Assembly: GCA_045530935.1 (NCBI GenBank) | Contig: JAZSDC010000034.1 | Span: 875-64,874, forward strand | Length of the DNA: 64,000 nt | DNA from: Candidatus Enterousia sp. | Lineage (GTDB): Bacteria > Pseudomonadota > Alphaproteobacteria > Rs-D84 | Reading direction: 5' to 3' | Position numbers and translations under genes: made by a program | Shown here: one piece after another, positions 30,278 to 39,961 of the stretch | Numbering within the stretch: position 1 is the stretch's first letter | Layout: each line of letters starts with the position of its first letter | Notes under the pieces: generated by a model | Told to the model about the DNA's origin: nothing | Seen by the model: only the letters and a program-made list of their open reading frames with translations | Databases searched by the model: none

Positions 30278-31006
30278 ATGGCAGACAAACTGATAGAAAG
30301 GCGCGTGTTACAGGCATATCAGTGTGACCGTTATGGTAATGTTCGTCCGTTGATTTTGATGAACGAATTGCAATCTATTGCTGACCGCCATGCCGAAGTT
30401 TTGGGCTGTGGTCGTACATATTGTATGGAAAATGGTGTTGGCTGGGTTGTGATGTATTACCTGGTTGACATTCTGGAATTGCCACGCGAAGGTGAAGAAT
30501 TAACTTTCAGTACCTGGCCATCGTGCCAAGATGCCCTGCGTGCCACACGTGATTTCGAAATTCATGGTGCGGATGGTCGCCTGATGGTGCGTGCCACGTC
30601 CCAGTGGATTATGATTGATATGGCACGTCGTCGCCCATTGCCGTTGGCAAATCATCTGTCGCCAGATGTTGTTGTGCCAACACGCGCATACGGTTGTGCG
30701 TTTGATAAGTTCCCAGATTTTGAAACGAACAAGACGCATGTTATGAAATGTCGCTTCGATGATATTGATGTGAATCAGCATATCAATAATGCGGTCTATG
30801 CTGTATGGGCAACAGAAAGTGTTGGCTATGAATATCGTTGCAACCATAAACTGCGCAGGATTAACATTAACTTTAAAAAAGAAATTAATCCAAACACGCC
30901 AGAGATTCGTATTGATGTTGCTATTGACGGAATGATCTCCCGGCACAAGATTTGCGTTGATGACACCGAACACGCGGTTGTTATCTGTGAATGGTCTGAT
31001 TTATAG
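30278..31006 (+). CDS. Acyl-ACP thioesterase family protein
   Basis: A tandem hotdog fold pattern of about 240 aa. Confidence 0.6.
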   Translation: MADKLIERRVLQAYQCDRYGNVRPLILMNELQSIADRHAEVLGCGRTYCMENGVGWVVMYYLVDILELPREGEELTFSTWPSCQDALRATRDFEIHGADGRLMVRATSQWIMIDMARRRPLPLANHLSPDVVVPTRAYGCAFDKFPDFETNKTHVMKCRFDDIDVNQHINNAVYAVWATESVGYEYRCNHKLRRININFKKEINPNTPEIRIDVAIDGMISRHKICVDDTEHAVVICEWSDL

Positions 31007-31035
31007 GATTAAAATATACGCGCCCTTGGGCGCGT

Positions 31036-31366
31036 ATCTTAAGATGAACGTATAAGCCGGATTCTGTCCTGCCATTGGGCCAGTATCTTTCGGATACCAC
31101 CCCACGGTAGTGGGCATGATTAATCTGCATACTATATTACTATAATATGTCAAGCTTTCTACCCGCCCCCGATGCGGGACACATATTGGGGGCCTATTTG
31201 AAATTGCTGCGCGCAGAGATTGCCCGTTTCACTCGAATTTAATCGTTTACGTCACTGTTGCTCTAATCGTCGGGTCGCCCCGCCTGGTATATTAGCCAGT
31301 ACGCTGTCCCGTGCAGTCCGGACTTTCCTCCGTCTATCTTGCGACAAACGGCCATGCCCTGTACAT
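31036..31366 (-). ncRNA. rnpB: RNase P RNA (bacterial type A)
   Basis: On the minus strand, GGAGGAAAGTCCGGACTGCAC gives the P4 5' strand, ...GACAGAATCCGGCTTATACGTTCATCTT gives the P4 3' strand and P1, and the 5' AAGATGTAC pairs with the 3' GTTCATCTT. Upstream are TTGAAC (16 nt) TATTAT, and a gcgcccaagggcgc terminator follows the 3' end. The ends are approximate, within about 5 nt. Confidence 0.85.
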
Positions 31367-31434
31367 CTTGCGGGTGTATAATATCATATTTTTTATTCAG
31401 TTCAACAAGAAATCCCCAAAATGGGGATTTTGTA

Positions 31435-32409
31435 TTAAAATTCAAATCGTATGCCCAGCATTAAATTTGTATATATCAGATTTTTTGCGCTGAACCATTC
31501 TCGGTGACGACTGTTGCTTTCATTGCTTAGTTCCCATTTAACTTTTGGGATATACATAAGTCGCGCGCCAAAGTCGATAAACATGTTTTCATTTATTCCG
31601 TATGATGCACCCAATGACAATAAACCGGCAACATTAGCGGTGTTTGTTTCCGATTTAAAGAATTGAACAACGCCATAATCATCAACTTCGCCATACTGCT
31701 GCAATTCCACCTGGGCAGATAAATCACCATATGGATCAGATAAGTTTAATATTGTTTTTGTATTCGCATACCCTGCGCCAAATCCTACATAAGGTATAAA
31801 TGTGCGTACTGGCTTGCGCAATCCGTCAAAAAAATCATAAAACGCCATAACGCTGTATATGTCACTGGAAATCTTAGAGTTTACAGTAGAACTTTCAACA
31901 GATATTGTAACATTTGGTATGCTGCCTTCGGTTAAGTCCAGATTACCCTCAAACATTGGTGAAGAGTTATATTCACTTTTTGTAATATGGTCGTATCCTG
32001 CCTCTATTCTCCACTGTGGTTTATTTGGTATTGTCCATCCTAAACTAACCCCTGCGACAAAAGAGAACGCTTCTAAATCTTTTGTTGGGTTCAGCTCGCT
32101 CATATTTCCGTATCCTGCAAATACATAGTCTTCACAGCCACCCTGATCAATACAAGAGTAGTAATAAGTTGCAGACACCGCAGTGCCATCAGGACTTAAG
32201 AAATATTCATTTGTAATTGCGCCTGTATCATTTTGTATTGTGCCCATGCCAAACGCAGCACCACCACGCGCAGATATGACAAAGCGTGCCCCGTCGTCTT
32301 CGTACCAGCCATCACCTACATAGGTCCCTGGATACTGCCAATCTGCCATCGCAGGCGCAGAAAACAAGCATGACAATACAGATAAAATATATAAGTTTCT
32401 TTTTCTCAT
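31435..32409 (-). CDS. Outer-membrane beta-barrel protein (porin/surface-antigen-like)
   Basis: Signal peptide MRKRNLYILSVLSCLFSAPAMA, a C-terminal ...GIRFEF aromatic terminus and beta-strand periodicity. I trimmed the start to the ATG at 32409. Confidence 0.65.
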   Translation of the reverse strand: MRKRNLYILSVLSCLFSAPAMADWQYPGTYVGDGWYEDDGARFVISARGGAAFGMGTIQNDTGAITNEYFLSPDGTAVSATYYYSCIDQGGCEDYVFAGYGNMSELNPTKDLEAFSFVAGVSLGWTIPNKPQWRIEAGYDHITKSEYNSSPMFEGNLDLTEGSIPNVTISVESSTVNSKISSDIYSVMAFYDFFDGLRKPVRTFIPYVGFGAGYANTKTILNLSDPYGDLSAQVELQQYGEVDDYGVVQFFKSETNTANVAGLLSLGASYGINENMFIDFGARLMYIPKVKWELSNESNSRHREWFSAKNLIYTNLMLGIRFEF

Positions 32410-32485
32410 GAAGTATATTATATCATAAAATATATTCTGATAAAACAAAAACTGTATAAATTAAATTCCCCAAAATGGGGAATTT

Positions 32486-32710
32486 TTATTTTTTTGCTTT
32501 CTTTTTTGCAGGTGTTGCTTTTTTTCCTGGGATTTTTTTATATTCCGAATACAGCGCCATAATACATGCATATGCTAATAACGCAGAAACGGCTGTAATT
32601 AATCCCGGAATTAATCCGTCTGAAAAAATTCCAAAGAATATAATCGCAACAACCAAAATGATTGTATAGCCCATATTTTTAGATAACACCTGCAGTAATT
32701 TATCGAACAT
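32486..32710 (-). CDS. Small membrane protein with a Lys-rich C-terminal tail
   Basis: A 74-aa protein with two TM segments, followed immediately by an aattcccc-aaaat-ggggaatt terminator. Confidence 0.45.
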   Translation of the reverse strand: MFDKLLQVLSKNMGYTIILVVAIIFFGIFSDGLIPGLITAVSALLAYACIMALYSEYKKIPGKKATPAKKKAKK

Positions 32711-32820
32711 TTTTCTTTCCTTTGTTTCTTGTTTGGATACAAGTGAAATTATACCACAATTTTTTAAAAAGTATTATAAAAAAACACCATTATATCGAAT
32801 GGTGTTTTTTTTATATTTTT

Positions 32821-33606
32821 TTACAGTATGACATGCCCGCCTAAACGTGCTGTTTTTGGTATTGGGCCAAATGAAGATTTGGGACTGACATATATGTTTC
32901 CTGTGATAGTAAAATCACCACAAAACTGCAATTTATTAACGTCGCGCAAGAACAAGTTGCCGTTTATTCTAATGTCGCAAGGCAAGACGTATTTTCGCAT
33001 GTTTTGCAGATACAGATTTCCATTAACTTCTTTGATGTTTTTTAACAGTGCCCCAGAACTGCGGCTGTCAATAATGGTGTCGCCCATCAATGTGTTGTTT
33101 AGTTTTGCTGTTTGCTTCTTGACGATTTGTAATTCTTTTTTGCTTACAGGAACAACGTTATCAACAGTCTGCTTTTTTGTGCCGGTCTTTGTGTTCTTAG
33201 ATAATGGTAACTTAATTATTTTTGGGGAAGATTGGTCTGTTATAATAACCTGGGGTTTAATTAATTTGGACGCAGGGGTAATAATAACCTGTGTACGATT
33301 GTGTTCAATTAAATCCATAATCAGCATACTAAACAAAGTTATAATGGCGACCAACAACGCGGTATTTGTCAAACCAACAATATCGATTTTACAAACCCAA
33401 TTCCAAAAAGCGCGTGCCAGTTTTGCAAATTTACGAAAAGGCCAAGATATTACATGCCAAATAATTACCCAGATTTTCTTTATTTTTTTTGTGAAATTTG
33501 TTTTTTTTGCACTTTGTTTTTTTGACATACTATAACCTCTTAGAAAAAAATTAGGTTTTACTCCAAAAATAATATTCGTCAACGTGTTTGTCAAGTAATT
33601 TGTCAA
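32821..33606 (-). CDS. Hypothetical membrane-anchored protein; the C-terminal G/N-rich repeats look weakly bactofilin-like
   Basis: An N-terminal basic region, then a TM segment, then C-terminal NGNLYL...INGNLFL...ITGNIYV repeats. Confidence 0.4.
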   Translation of the reverse strand: MTNYLTNTLTNIIFGVKPNFFLRGYSMSKKQSAKKTNFTKKIKKIWVIIWHVISWPFRKFAKLARAFWNWVCKIDIVGLTNTALLVAIITLFSMLIMDLIEHNRTQVIITPASKLIKPQVIITDQSSPKIIKLPLSKNTKTGTKKQTVDNVVPVSKKELQIVKKQTAKLNNTLMGDTIIDSRSSGALLKNIKEVNGNLYLQNMRKYVLPCDIRINGNLFLRDVNKLQFCGDFTITGNIYVSPKSSFGPIPKTARLGGHVIL

Positions 33607-33624
33607 ATATGTAACGATATAATT

Positions 33625-34068
33625 TTATTTTTCATTCCATTTATATGATTCCATAATAATATTTTTGACTACATTATCCGGATTGTTCAGATTAACTTGT
33701 TTTTCTGACTTTACGGACTTCCAATCAATAAAAATATTAAATGGGGCAGGGCCAAATATATATTCTACATATCCGCATGTGCGTGGCAGTAATTTTTCAT
33801 CCAATATGATATCTAAATCCAGCTTTTTACAGTCTTTTGCTTTCGATTTTAGTCTGTTTTTATAAACTTTGCATTTTTTTGTCCGCGGATTCAGACATTC
33901 ACAATGCACTTTGGTATAGAAAGTCGGTTCGTTTTCAGTAACGCCAAAGCCAACCTTGCACAGGCAACAAATTCCGCATCTTTTACAGATTGTTTCCCAG
34001 CGTTCTGGTGACATTGCTTTTAGTTCATTGACTTTTTTTTGTTGTTCAGGTGTAAGACAATATTTCAT
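33625..34068 (-). CDS. YkgJ/UPF0153 family zinc/Fe-S cluster protein (CxxCxxCC)
   Basis: CKRCGICCLC plus additional Cys clusters. Confidence 0.55.
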   Translation of the reverse strand: MKYCLTPEQQKKVNELKAMSPERWETICKRCGICCLCKVGFGVTENEPTFYTKVHCECLNPRTKKCKVYKNRLKSKAKDCKKLDLDIILDEKLLPRTCGYVEYIFGPAPFNIFIDWKSVKSEKQVNLNNPDNVVKNIIMESYKWNEK

Positions 34069-34167
34069 TTATTACTCGCTTTAGACGAAAATAACATAAA
34101 AAAATATTTTGTCAATTTTTTTACGCTTTTATTTTTTATGCGTATGGTGTATTATATTTAATACAAG

Positions 34168-34890
34168 ATGTATTGGTTCAAAATATTTTTATTCCTTGTA
34201 TTATCGGCGTGTTCTGGGTCATGGCATGCCCCATCTGAATTTATATATGCGCCTATTGATGCGGGTGCATATAAAATTGCAACATTTCAACATATAACCG
34301 ATAATGTTTCACCTATACATATTTATATAGAAGGCGACGGAAAATCTTTTGATGCCAATGGGCGTCCGACAGGTGACCCAACGCCACGCGGTACATTTTT
34401 ACGTGATTTAGCCGCCCAAGACACTTCGCCGAATGTTGTGTATATGGCGCGCCCGTGTCAATATATCATGACGCCAAATTGCGCGCGTATAGATTGGACG
34501 ACTGGTCGCTTTTCGTCCCAAATAATTGAATCTGTTGCATCTGTGATACGGCAGATTTCTGGTGGTGCGCCGGTTGTTTTAATTGGTTATTCTGGTGGTG
34601 CGATGGTGTCCGGTTTGGTTATAAATAATTATCCAGAAATACCTGTACAATCATGGGTAACGATTGCAGGCGTATTAAATCATAAAGACTGGACGTCTTA
34701 TTTCAATGATATGCCATTATCTCATTCTCTGGATATGGATACATTGCCAAAATTACCCAGTCGTCATTTTATCGCGCGCGGTGATCGCGTTGTTCCGAAC
34801 AAATTGTCTGTTAAATGGGTTGGAAATGACAATTTAATTGTTATAGATGGTGCAACGCATAGTGAATTTCCAAATCTAGATTTGTTTTAA
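34168..34890 (+). CDS. Alpha/beta-hydrolase-fold lipoprotein
   Basis: Lipobox LVLSAC, a GYSGGA nucleophile elbow and downstream D/H residues. Confidence 0.55.
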   Translation: MYWFKIFLFLVLSACSGSWHAPSEFIYAPIDAGAYKIATFQHITDNVSPIHIYIEGDGKSFDANGRPTGDPTPRGTFLRDLAAQDTSPNVVYMARPCQYIMTPNCARIDWTTGRFSSQIIESVASVIRQISGGAPVVLIGYSGGAMVSGLVINNYPEIPVQSWVTIAGVLNHKDWTSYFNDMPLSHSLDMDTLPKLPSRHFIARGDRVVPNKLSVKWVGNDNLIVIDGATHSEFPNLDLF

Positions 34891-34936
34891 AAGAAGCGCC
34901 TGTTGACATTTGGTTGTTTTGTACTATATGTATAGT

Positions 34937-35662
34937 ATGAGTGAGATAAAAATATTACCTATTTTTGATCAATCTGCGCCCAATGTTTGGACGGATTTTT
35001 TGCGTGTACGCATTGCGGCGATGAAGTCTAATCATAATGTAGAATTATCAGACCAGGAAATATCAGATGCGCTTGCTGAATATGCGGAATCGTGGCGACG
35101 GTTATCCTGCAGTTTTGCGTTCGGGGCATTTGATGGTGATAAAATGATAGGATATATTAACGGCGATTGCCAACGTGGTATTTCATATCTGCGTCACTTG
35201 TATGTATTGCCAGAATATCAAGGACGGTATTTGGGGTATGGTTTATTAAAGGCTGCAGAAAACACGTCTTCAATATGTGCCAGAAAAACGGATATTGTTG
35301 CATTGCCCGGGGCGGAAAAGTTTTATAAAAAATATGGTTATGTATCGCCTTGTGGAACAAATTGGTACACCAAAGATATACATATGTCTGGCAAGTGTTC
35401 GGTAACACCAATATTTAATTATACCAAGCCTGTAATTCGTGCGTGTGCTGATTTAGCCGCAGGTGTCGCATTAACATTTGATAACAAAAAACGCGTGCCA
35501 TTGTTTGTGTACCGCGATGCAGCGAATAAGATAACGGCATTTGGTGCGATTGAACAAGATGGTGTAAAGATATTCTCGCAATCAAAATCACCAGATGATT
35601 GGGCGCGACACAGTATTAATCGCAGTATTGAAAATTATTTGTCTTGTCAAAAGATTCAATAA
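34937..35662 (+). CDS. GNAT family N-acetyltransferase
   Basis: RHLYVLPEYQGRYLGYGLL is the acetyl-CoA-binding motif A. Confidence 0.55.
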   Translation: MSEIKILPIFDQSAPNVWTDFLRVRIAAMKSNHNVELSDQEISDALAEYAESWRRLSCSFAFGAFDGDKMIGYINGDCQRGISYLRHLYVLPEYQGRYLGYGLLKAAENTSSICARKTDIVALPGAEKFYKKYGYVSPCGTNWYTKDIHMSGKCSVTPIFNYTKPVIRACADLAAGVALTFDNKKRVPLFVYRDAANKITAFGAIEQDGVKIFSQSKSPDDWARHSINRSIENYLSCQKIQ

Positions 35663-35684
35663 AAACCCCCATATTGGGGGATTT
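35662..35684. terminator. Bidirectional terminator hairpin (aaccccc-atatt-gggggatt) between the GNAT gene and groEL
   Basis: An inverted repeat with T-runs on both sides. Confidence 0.65.
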
Positions 35685-35687
35685 TTA

Positions 35688-37307
35688 TTACATCATTCCT
35701 GGCATTCCGCCGGCCATTTGTGGTGTGGCGGGTTTTTCTTCAGGGATTTCTGTCATGACAGCCCCTGTTGTCAGCATTACGCCTGCTGTGCTTGCTGCCG
35801 CGGATATTGCTGTTTTTACGACCTTGGCTGGATCTATAATCCCTGCTGCCATCATGTCAACGTATTCGCCTGTTTGTGCGTTGTATCCAAAATTATAGTC
35901 TGTTGATTCCATAACTTTGCCAACAACGATTTCGCCAGATACGCCTGCGTTTTCTGCAATTTGTGCGCACGGTGCAATAATTGCGCGTCTTACGATATCG
36001 ATGCCAACGTTTTGGTCGTTATTCTGACCGTGCAGGTTTCTCAGGGCTTCGGCGGCACGGATTAGTGCTACACCACCCCCCGCAACAATTCCTTCCGCCA
36101 CAGCTGCACGTGTCGCGGCCAGTGCGTCATCAACGCGGTCTTTCTTTTCTTTTACTTCGACTTCTGTCATGCCACCAACTTTAATAACGGCAACGCCACC
36201 GACTAATTTTGCCAGGCGCTCAGACAACTTTTCGCGATCATAATCACTTGTTGTTGCGGCAATAGATACCCGAAGTTCGTCTGCACGTGCGTCGATTGCG
36301 GTTTTATCGCCACCACCATGTGCCAACAGCGTTGAATCTTTTGAAACAACAACTTTTTTTGCAGTCCCCAGTACTGCAGGACTGATATTTTCAAATGTCA
36401 TACCCATATCATCAGAAATAACAGTTGCACCTGTGACGATTGCAATGTCTTTCAGCATTTCCTTGCGTCTGTCGCCAAAGCCTGGGGCCTTTACCGCACA
36501 AACCTTTAATCCGCCACGCAGACGATTCAGGACCAATGTTGCCAACGCTTCGGATTCGACATCTTCGGCAATAATTAATAATGGTTTGCCGGATTGTGCG
36601 ATTGGTTCCAGAATTGGTAACAGTGCTTGTAAACCTGTAATTTTCTTTTCGGAAACCAGAATCTGTGCACCATCCAATTCTGCCAGCATTTTTTCACTGT
36701 TTGTAACGAAATATGGCGACATAAATCCTTGGTCAAATTGCATGCCTTCTACCACGTCGATTTCTGTATCTAATCCCTTGGCTTCTTCTACGGTGATAAC
36801 ACCTTCTTTGCCGACACGTTCCATTGCATTTGCGATTTTTTCGCCAATGTCTGCATCAGAATTTGCAGAAATTGTTGCAACCTGTGCGATTTCAGCACTG
36901 TCCTTGACTGGGCGTGCATGTTTATCAATATCTGCGATAACTGCAGCGGTTGCCATATCTATACCGCGTTTAACATCCATTGGATTCATACCTGCGGCAA
37001 TTACGCGACGTCCTTCGCGAATTAATTTTTGTGCCAACACAGTTGCAGTTGTTGTTCCGTCCCCTGCGTCGTCGCCTGCTTTTTTTGCAACCTCTTGCAC
37101 CATGCGCGCCCCAATATTTTCTTGCGGATCTTTCAGTGATACAGACTTGGCAACTGTCACGCCGTCTTTGGTTGCGACAGGTGCGCCGTATGATTTTTCA
37201 ATAACGACTGTACGTCCCTTGGGGCCCATTGTGATTTTCACGGCGTTTGCTAATTTATCAACGCCTGCTGCCAGTTTATCTGTATCAAAAACAATATCTT
37301 TTGCCAT
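35688..37307 (-). CDS. groL: Chaperonin GroEL
   Basis: [41 protein letters not shown]... with a C-terminal GGM repeat. Confidence 0.97.
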   Translation of the reverse strand: MAKDIVFDTDKLAAGVDKLANAVKITMGPKGRTVVIEKSYGAPVATKDGVTVAKSVSLKDPQENIGARMVQEVAKKAGDDAGDGTTTATVLAQKLIREGRRVIAAGMNPMDVKRGIDMATAAVIADIDKHARPVKDSAEIAQVATISANSDADIGEKIANAMERVGKEGVITVEEAKGLDTEIDVVEGMQFDQGFMSPYFVTNSEKMLAELDGAQILVSEKKITGLQALLPILEPIAQSGKPLLIIAEDVESEALATLVLNRLRGGLKVCAVKAPGFGDRRKEMLKDIAIVTGATVISDDMGMTFENISPAVLGTAKKVVVSKDSTLLAHGGGDKTAIDARADELRVSIAATTSDYDREKLSERLAKLVGGVAVIKVGGMTEVEVKEKKDRVDDALAATRAAVAEGIVAGGGVALIRAAEALRNLHGQNNDQNVGIDIVRRAIIAPCAQIAENAGVSGEIVVGKVMESTDYNFGYNAQTGEYVDMMAAGIIDPAKVVKTAISAAASTAGVMLTTGAVMTEIPEEKPATPQMAGGMPGMM

Positions 37308-37317
37308 TTGCTATTCC

Positions 37318-37605
37318 TTATTCAATAATTCCCAAAATATCAGTTTCTTTGATTAATACATAGTCGCGACCATCTAACTTTATTTCATTTACGGTTGCAG
37401 CCCATTTTGCAAACATAACAATGTCGCCAACTTTTACGGTAACTGGGACAAATGCATCACCGACATATGTCCCGTTGCCAACTGCGATGACGCGTCCACG
37501 TGATGGTTTCTCGCGCGCGTTGTCAGGGATGATTATCCCGCCCGCGGTAACATTATCTTCTTCCATTCTTTCCAGCAGAATATAATTGTGTAATGGTTTA
37601 AACAT
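37318..37605 (-). CDS. groS: Co-chaperonin GroES
   Basis: MFKPLHNYILLERMEEDNVTAGGIIIPD... Confidence 0.95.
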   Translation of the reverse strand: MFKPLHNYILLERMEEDNVTAGGIIIPDNAREKPSRGRVIAVGNGTYVGDAFVPVTVKVGDIVMFAKWAATVNEIKLDGRDYVLIKETDILGIIE

Positions 37606-37774
37606 AAATAAAGCTCCTTAAAAACAATATTATTATACTAAATCAAAAATTGCGAAATACAATAAAAATAACCAGGTAAGTATTCCGTCAATTTTTATAT
37701 CTTATAGATAGTTTAATTTTTGTTGCGTTCAAGTCCTTTTTTTAATATTCTCAAAAAAAATAAAGGACAGAAAT

Positions 37775-38155
37775 ATGTATGATAAAAACAATGTGTTTGC
37801 AAAGATGATACGTGGTGAAATATCAATGAATAAAGTTTTTGAAAATGAATTTGCGATGTCTTTTCATGATATTAATCCAATGTTTTCAAACCATGTCTTG
37901 GTAATTCCAAAAGGTGAATATCTAGATATTTTGGATTTTGTTAAAAATGCAACTGCAGAAGAACAGACTGGTTTTTGGCAATGCTTTGCAAAAACTGCGG
38001 ATATATTGGGTATAGATTGCCAGTTTAATTGTTTGGCAAATGCGGGTGCAAGCGCCCCATTTGTAAAACAGTCTGTATTTCATTTTCATTTACATTTGGT
38101 TGCCGGCAATCGAACGCATGCATTTAATAATCTTATTTCAGAAATGAAAGAGTAG
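37775..38155 (+). CDS. HIT-family nucleotide hydrolase
   Basis: HFHLHLV is the histidine triad motif. Confidence 0.8.
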   Translation: MYDKNNVFAKMIRGEISMNKVFENEFAMSFHDINPMFSNHVLVIPKGEYLDILDFVKNATAEEQTGFWQCFAKTADILGIDCQFNCLANAGASAPFVKQSVFHFHLHLVAGNRTHAFNNLISEMKE

Positions 38156-38156
38156 T

Positions 38157-38372
38157 ATGAGGATATCTGTTCGTGTTATTCCACGTGCCAAACTTAATCA
38201 GGTTGAAGTTCAACCTGATGGTGTTGTGCGTGTGCACACAACCACCGCCCCAACCGATGGCAAGGCGACGGCAGATGTAATAAAAATGCTGGCCCGGCAT
38301 TATGGTGTACCAAAGACCAGCATTAAACTAATCCGTGGCGAAACGTCGCGCGATAAGATATTTGAATTTTAA
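38157..38372 (+). CDS. DUF167/YggU-family protein
   Basis: A 71-aa pattern, MRISVRVIPRAK...VRVHTTTAPTDGKAT... Confidence 0.55.
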   Translation: MRISVRVIPRAKLNQVEVQPDGVVRVHTTTAPTDGKATADVIKMLARHYGVPKTSIKLIRGETSRDKIFEF

Positions 38373-38920
38373 TATTTTATGATTTGTTTTTTTAGCTCTG
38401 CAACTGTATCTGCGCTAAATATATTATAATTGTCTGTTTTTACAACAAATCCATTTTTTTTCATATGTTTAATCAGTCGTGTCAATGGATTCCAGAAACC
38501 GTTTGTGTTCAGGATAAATAGCGGTTTGTTTGTTTCACCGATTTGTTGCATTGTTAAAATATCTGTCATTTCATTTAGTGTGCCGATACCCCCAGGTAAA
38601 ATTATAAAACCGTCAGATTCTTCGAACATAATTTGTTTGCGCTCATTAACACCATCGACCACCTGAACATCTATTTCTTCGTGTGCGGGTTCTTGCATTG
38701 CGATAACATCATCGGTTGATACTCCGATAACATTGCCACCATTTTTTAATGCCGCCGTAGCGACGGTTCCCATCAGGCCAACATCTCCGCCACCAAATAC
38801 CATGCGTATCCCATTTTTTGCCAGCATACGACCGACTGCTGCTGCGTCGCGCTTAAACTGTGAATCTGTGCCGATTTGATGCCCGCAATATACTGCAATA
38901 GATTTTAATTTTGGTGACAT
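38369..38920 (-). CDS. LOG-family cytokinin riboside 5'-monophosphate phosphoribohydrolase-like protein
   Basis: GGGDVGLMG...PGGIGTLNEM motifs. Confidence 0.8.
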   Translation of the reverse strand: MSPKLKSIAVYCGHQIGTDSQFKRDAAAVGRMLAKNGIRMVFGGGDVGLMGTVATAALKNGGNVIGVSTDDVIAMQEPAHEEIDVQVVDGVNERKQIMFEESDGFIILPGGIGTLNEMTDILTMQQIGETNKPLFILNTNGFWNPLTRLIKHMKKNGFVVKTDNYNIFSADTVAELKKQIIKY

Positions 38921-38968
38921 TTTCTTTTTCCTTTATTTTTTCAAATTATAGCATAAAATACACCAATT

Positions 38969-39961
38969 ATGAATGAAAAGTTTTTAGATTTTGTCCGTCC
39001 TTTTTTGGGGCGTCCGATTGCTGTTGCGGTTAGCGGTGGGGTTGATTCAATATGTTTGCTTTATTGGCTGGTTGGGCTGGGGATGAACGTAACCGCATTG
39101 CACGTGCATCATCATTTACGTGACGTTGCCGATGAAGAAGCGCAATATGTCAAAGATACATGCGATAAACTAAATATTCCTTGTCATATTTTTCATTGGA
39201 ATGATGCCAAGCCGCTTTCTGGGATAGAAGCAGCTGCTCGTAACGCCAGGTACAATTTAATGATTGATTTTTGTCGCGATAATGAAATTGGAATACTAAT
39301 GGTCGCGCACCAGGCAGATGATCAAATTGAAACGTTTTTAATGAACCTGGGGCGTGGCAGTGGTGTTAATGGTTTGGCTGCGATGCGCGCCATTTCATAC
39401 AGAGACGGGGTCAAGATTGCTCGTCCATTGTTAAATGTGTTCAGACAAGAATTAATAGATTATTGCGAAGCAAATAATATTAAATATTTTTCAGACGAAA
39501 TGAATTTTGATGATAAATATACACGTGTAAAAATTCGTCAAAACAGGCATTTGTTGAATGATAAACTGGGAATTAGCGATGGGCGTATTTTATTAGCAAT
39601 TGAAAATTTGGGACGCGCACGTGATGCATTAGATAGCGATGTAACTGCGCGTATAAAATCTGTTACATATGATGGATATGCATTATTTGGGGATTCTTTT
39701 CTATTTGACGTGCCGATGGATATTGGTTTAAAGTGTCTGGGTATGTTAATTCAAACTATTGGGGGGGATGATTATCAGCCACGCTTGAATTCGTTGACCT
39801 TTGCACTAAGTAAATTGCAATCTGATTGTAAATTTACATTGGGACATTGTACGATTCGACGTTTTAAAAATCAGATATTAATCGTTCCCGAAGGGGCAAA
39901 AACAAGTATCAGGAAGAAAAATGAAAAAATTAAAAGACTTAAAAAAATCAAACAAAGATAA
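38969..39961 (+). CDS. tilS: tRNA(Ile)-lysidine synthetase
   Basis: SGGVDS is the PP-loop. Confidence 0.85.
   Translation: MNEKFLDFVRPFLGRPIAVAVSGGVDSICLLYWLVGLGMNVTALHVHHHLRDVADEEAQYVKDTCDKLNIPCHIFHWNDAKPLSGIEAAARNARYNLMIDFCRDNEIGILMVAHQADDQIETFLMNLGRGSGVNGLAAMRAISYRDGVKIARPLLNVFRQELIDYCEANNIKYFSDEMNFDDKYTRVKIRQNRHLLNDKLGISDGRILLAIENLGRARDALDSDVTARIKSVTYDGYALFGDSFLFDVPMDIGLKCLGMLIQTIGGDDYQPRLNSLTFALSKLQSDCKFTLGHCTIRRFKNQILIVPEGAKTSIRKKNEKIKRLKKIKQR

Noticed and set aside
31263-31493. Two short ORFs (60 aa each) called in the rnpB region
   Set aside because: The region encodes RNase P RNA, and the ORFs are artefacts of a structured, GC-richer RNA gene.
36433-37356. 307-aa + strand ORF inside groEL, and similar long antisense ORFs inside the P-type ATPase, ligA, valS, era and the 816-aa gene
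   Set aside because: They lie fully inside well-supported genes on the opposite strand and have low-complexity S/A/T/F-rich composition. These are typical shadow ORFs in AT-skewed coding DNA.
37606-37774. CIRCE (HrcA) operator upstream of groES
   Set aside because: No TTAGCACTC-N9-GAGTGCTAA-like inverted repeat is present. Any regulation here is more likely through a sigma32-type promoter, which I could not assign confidently.
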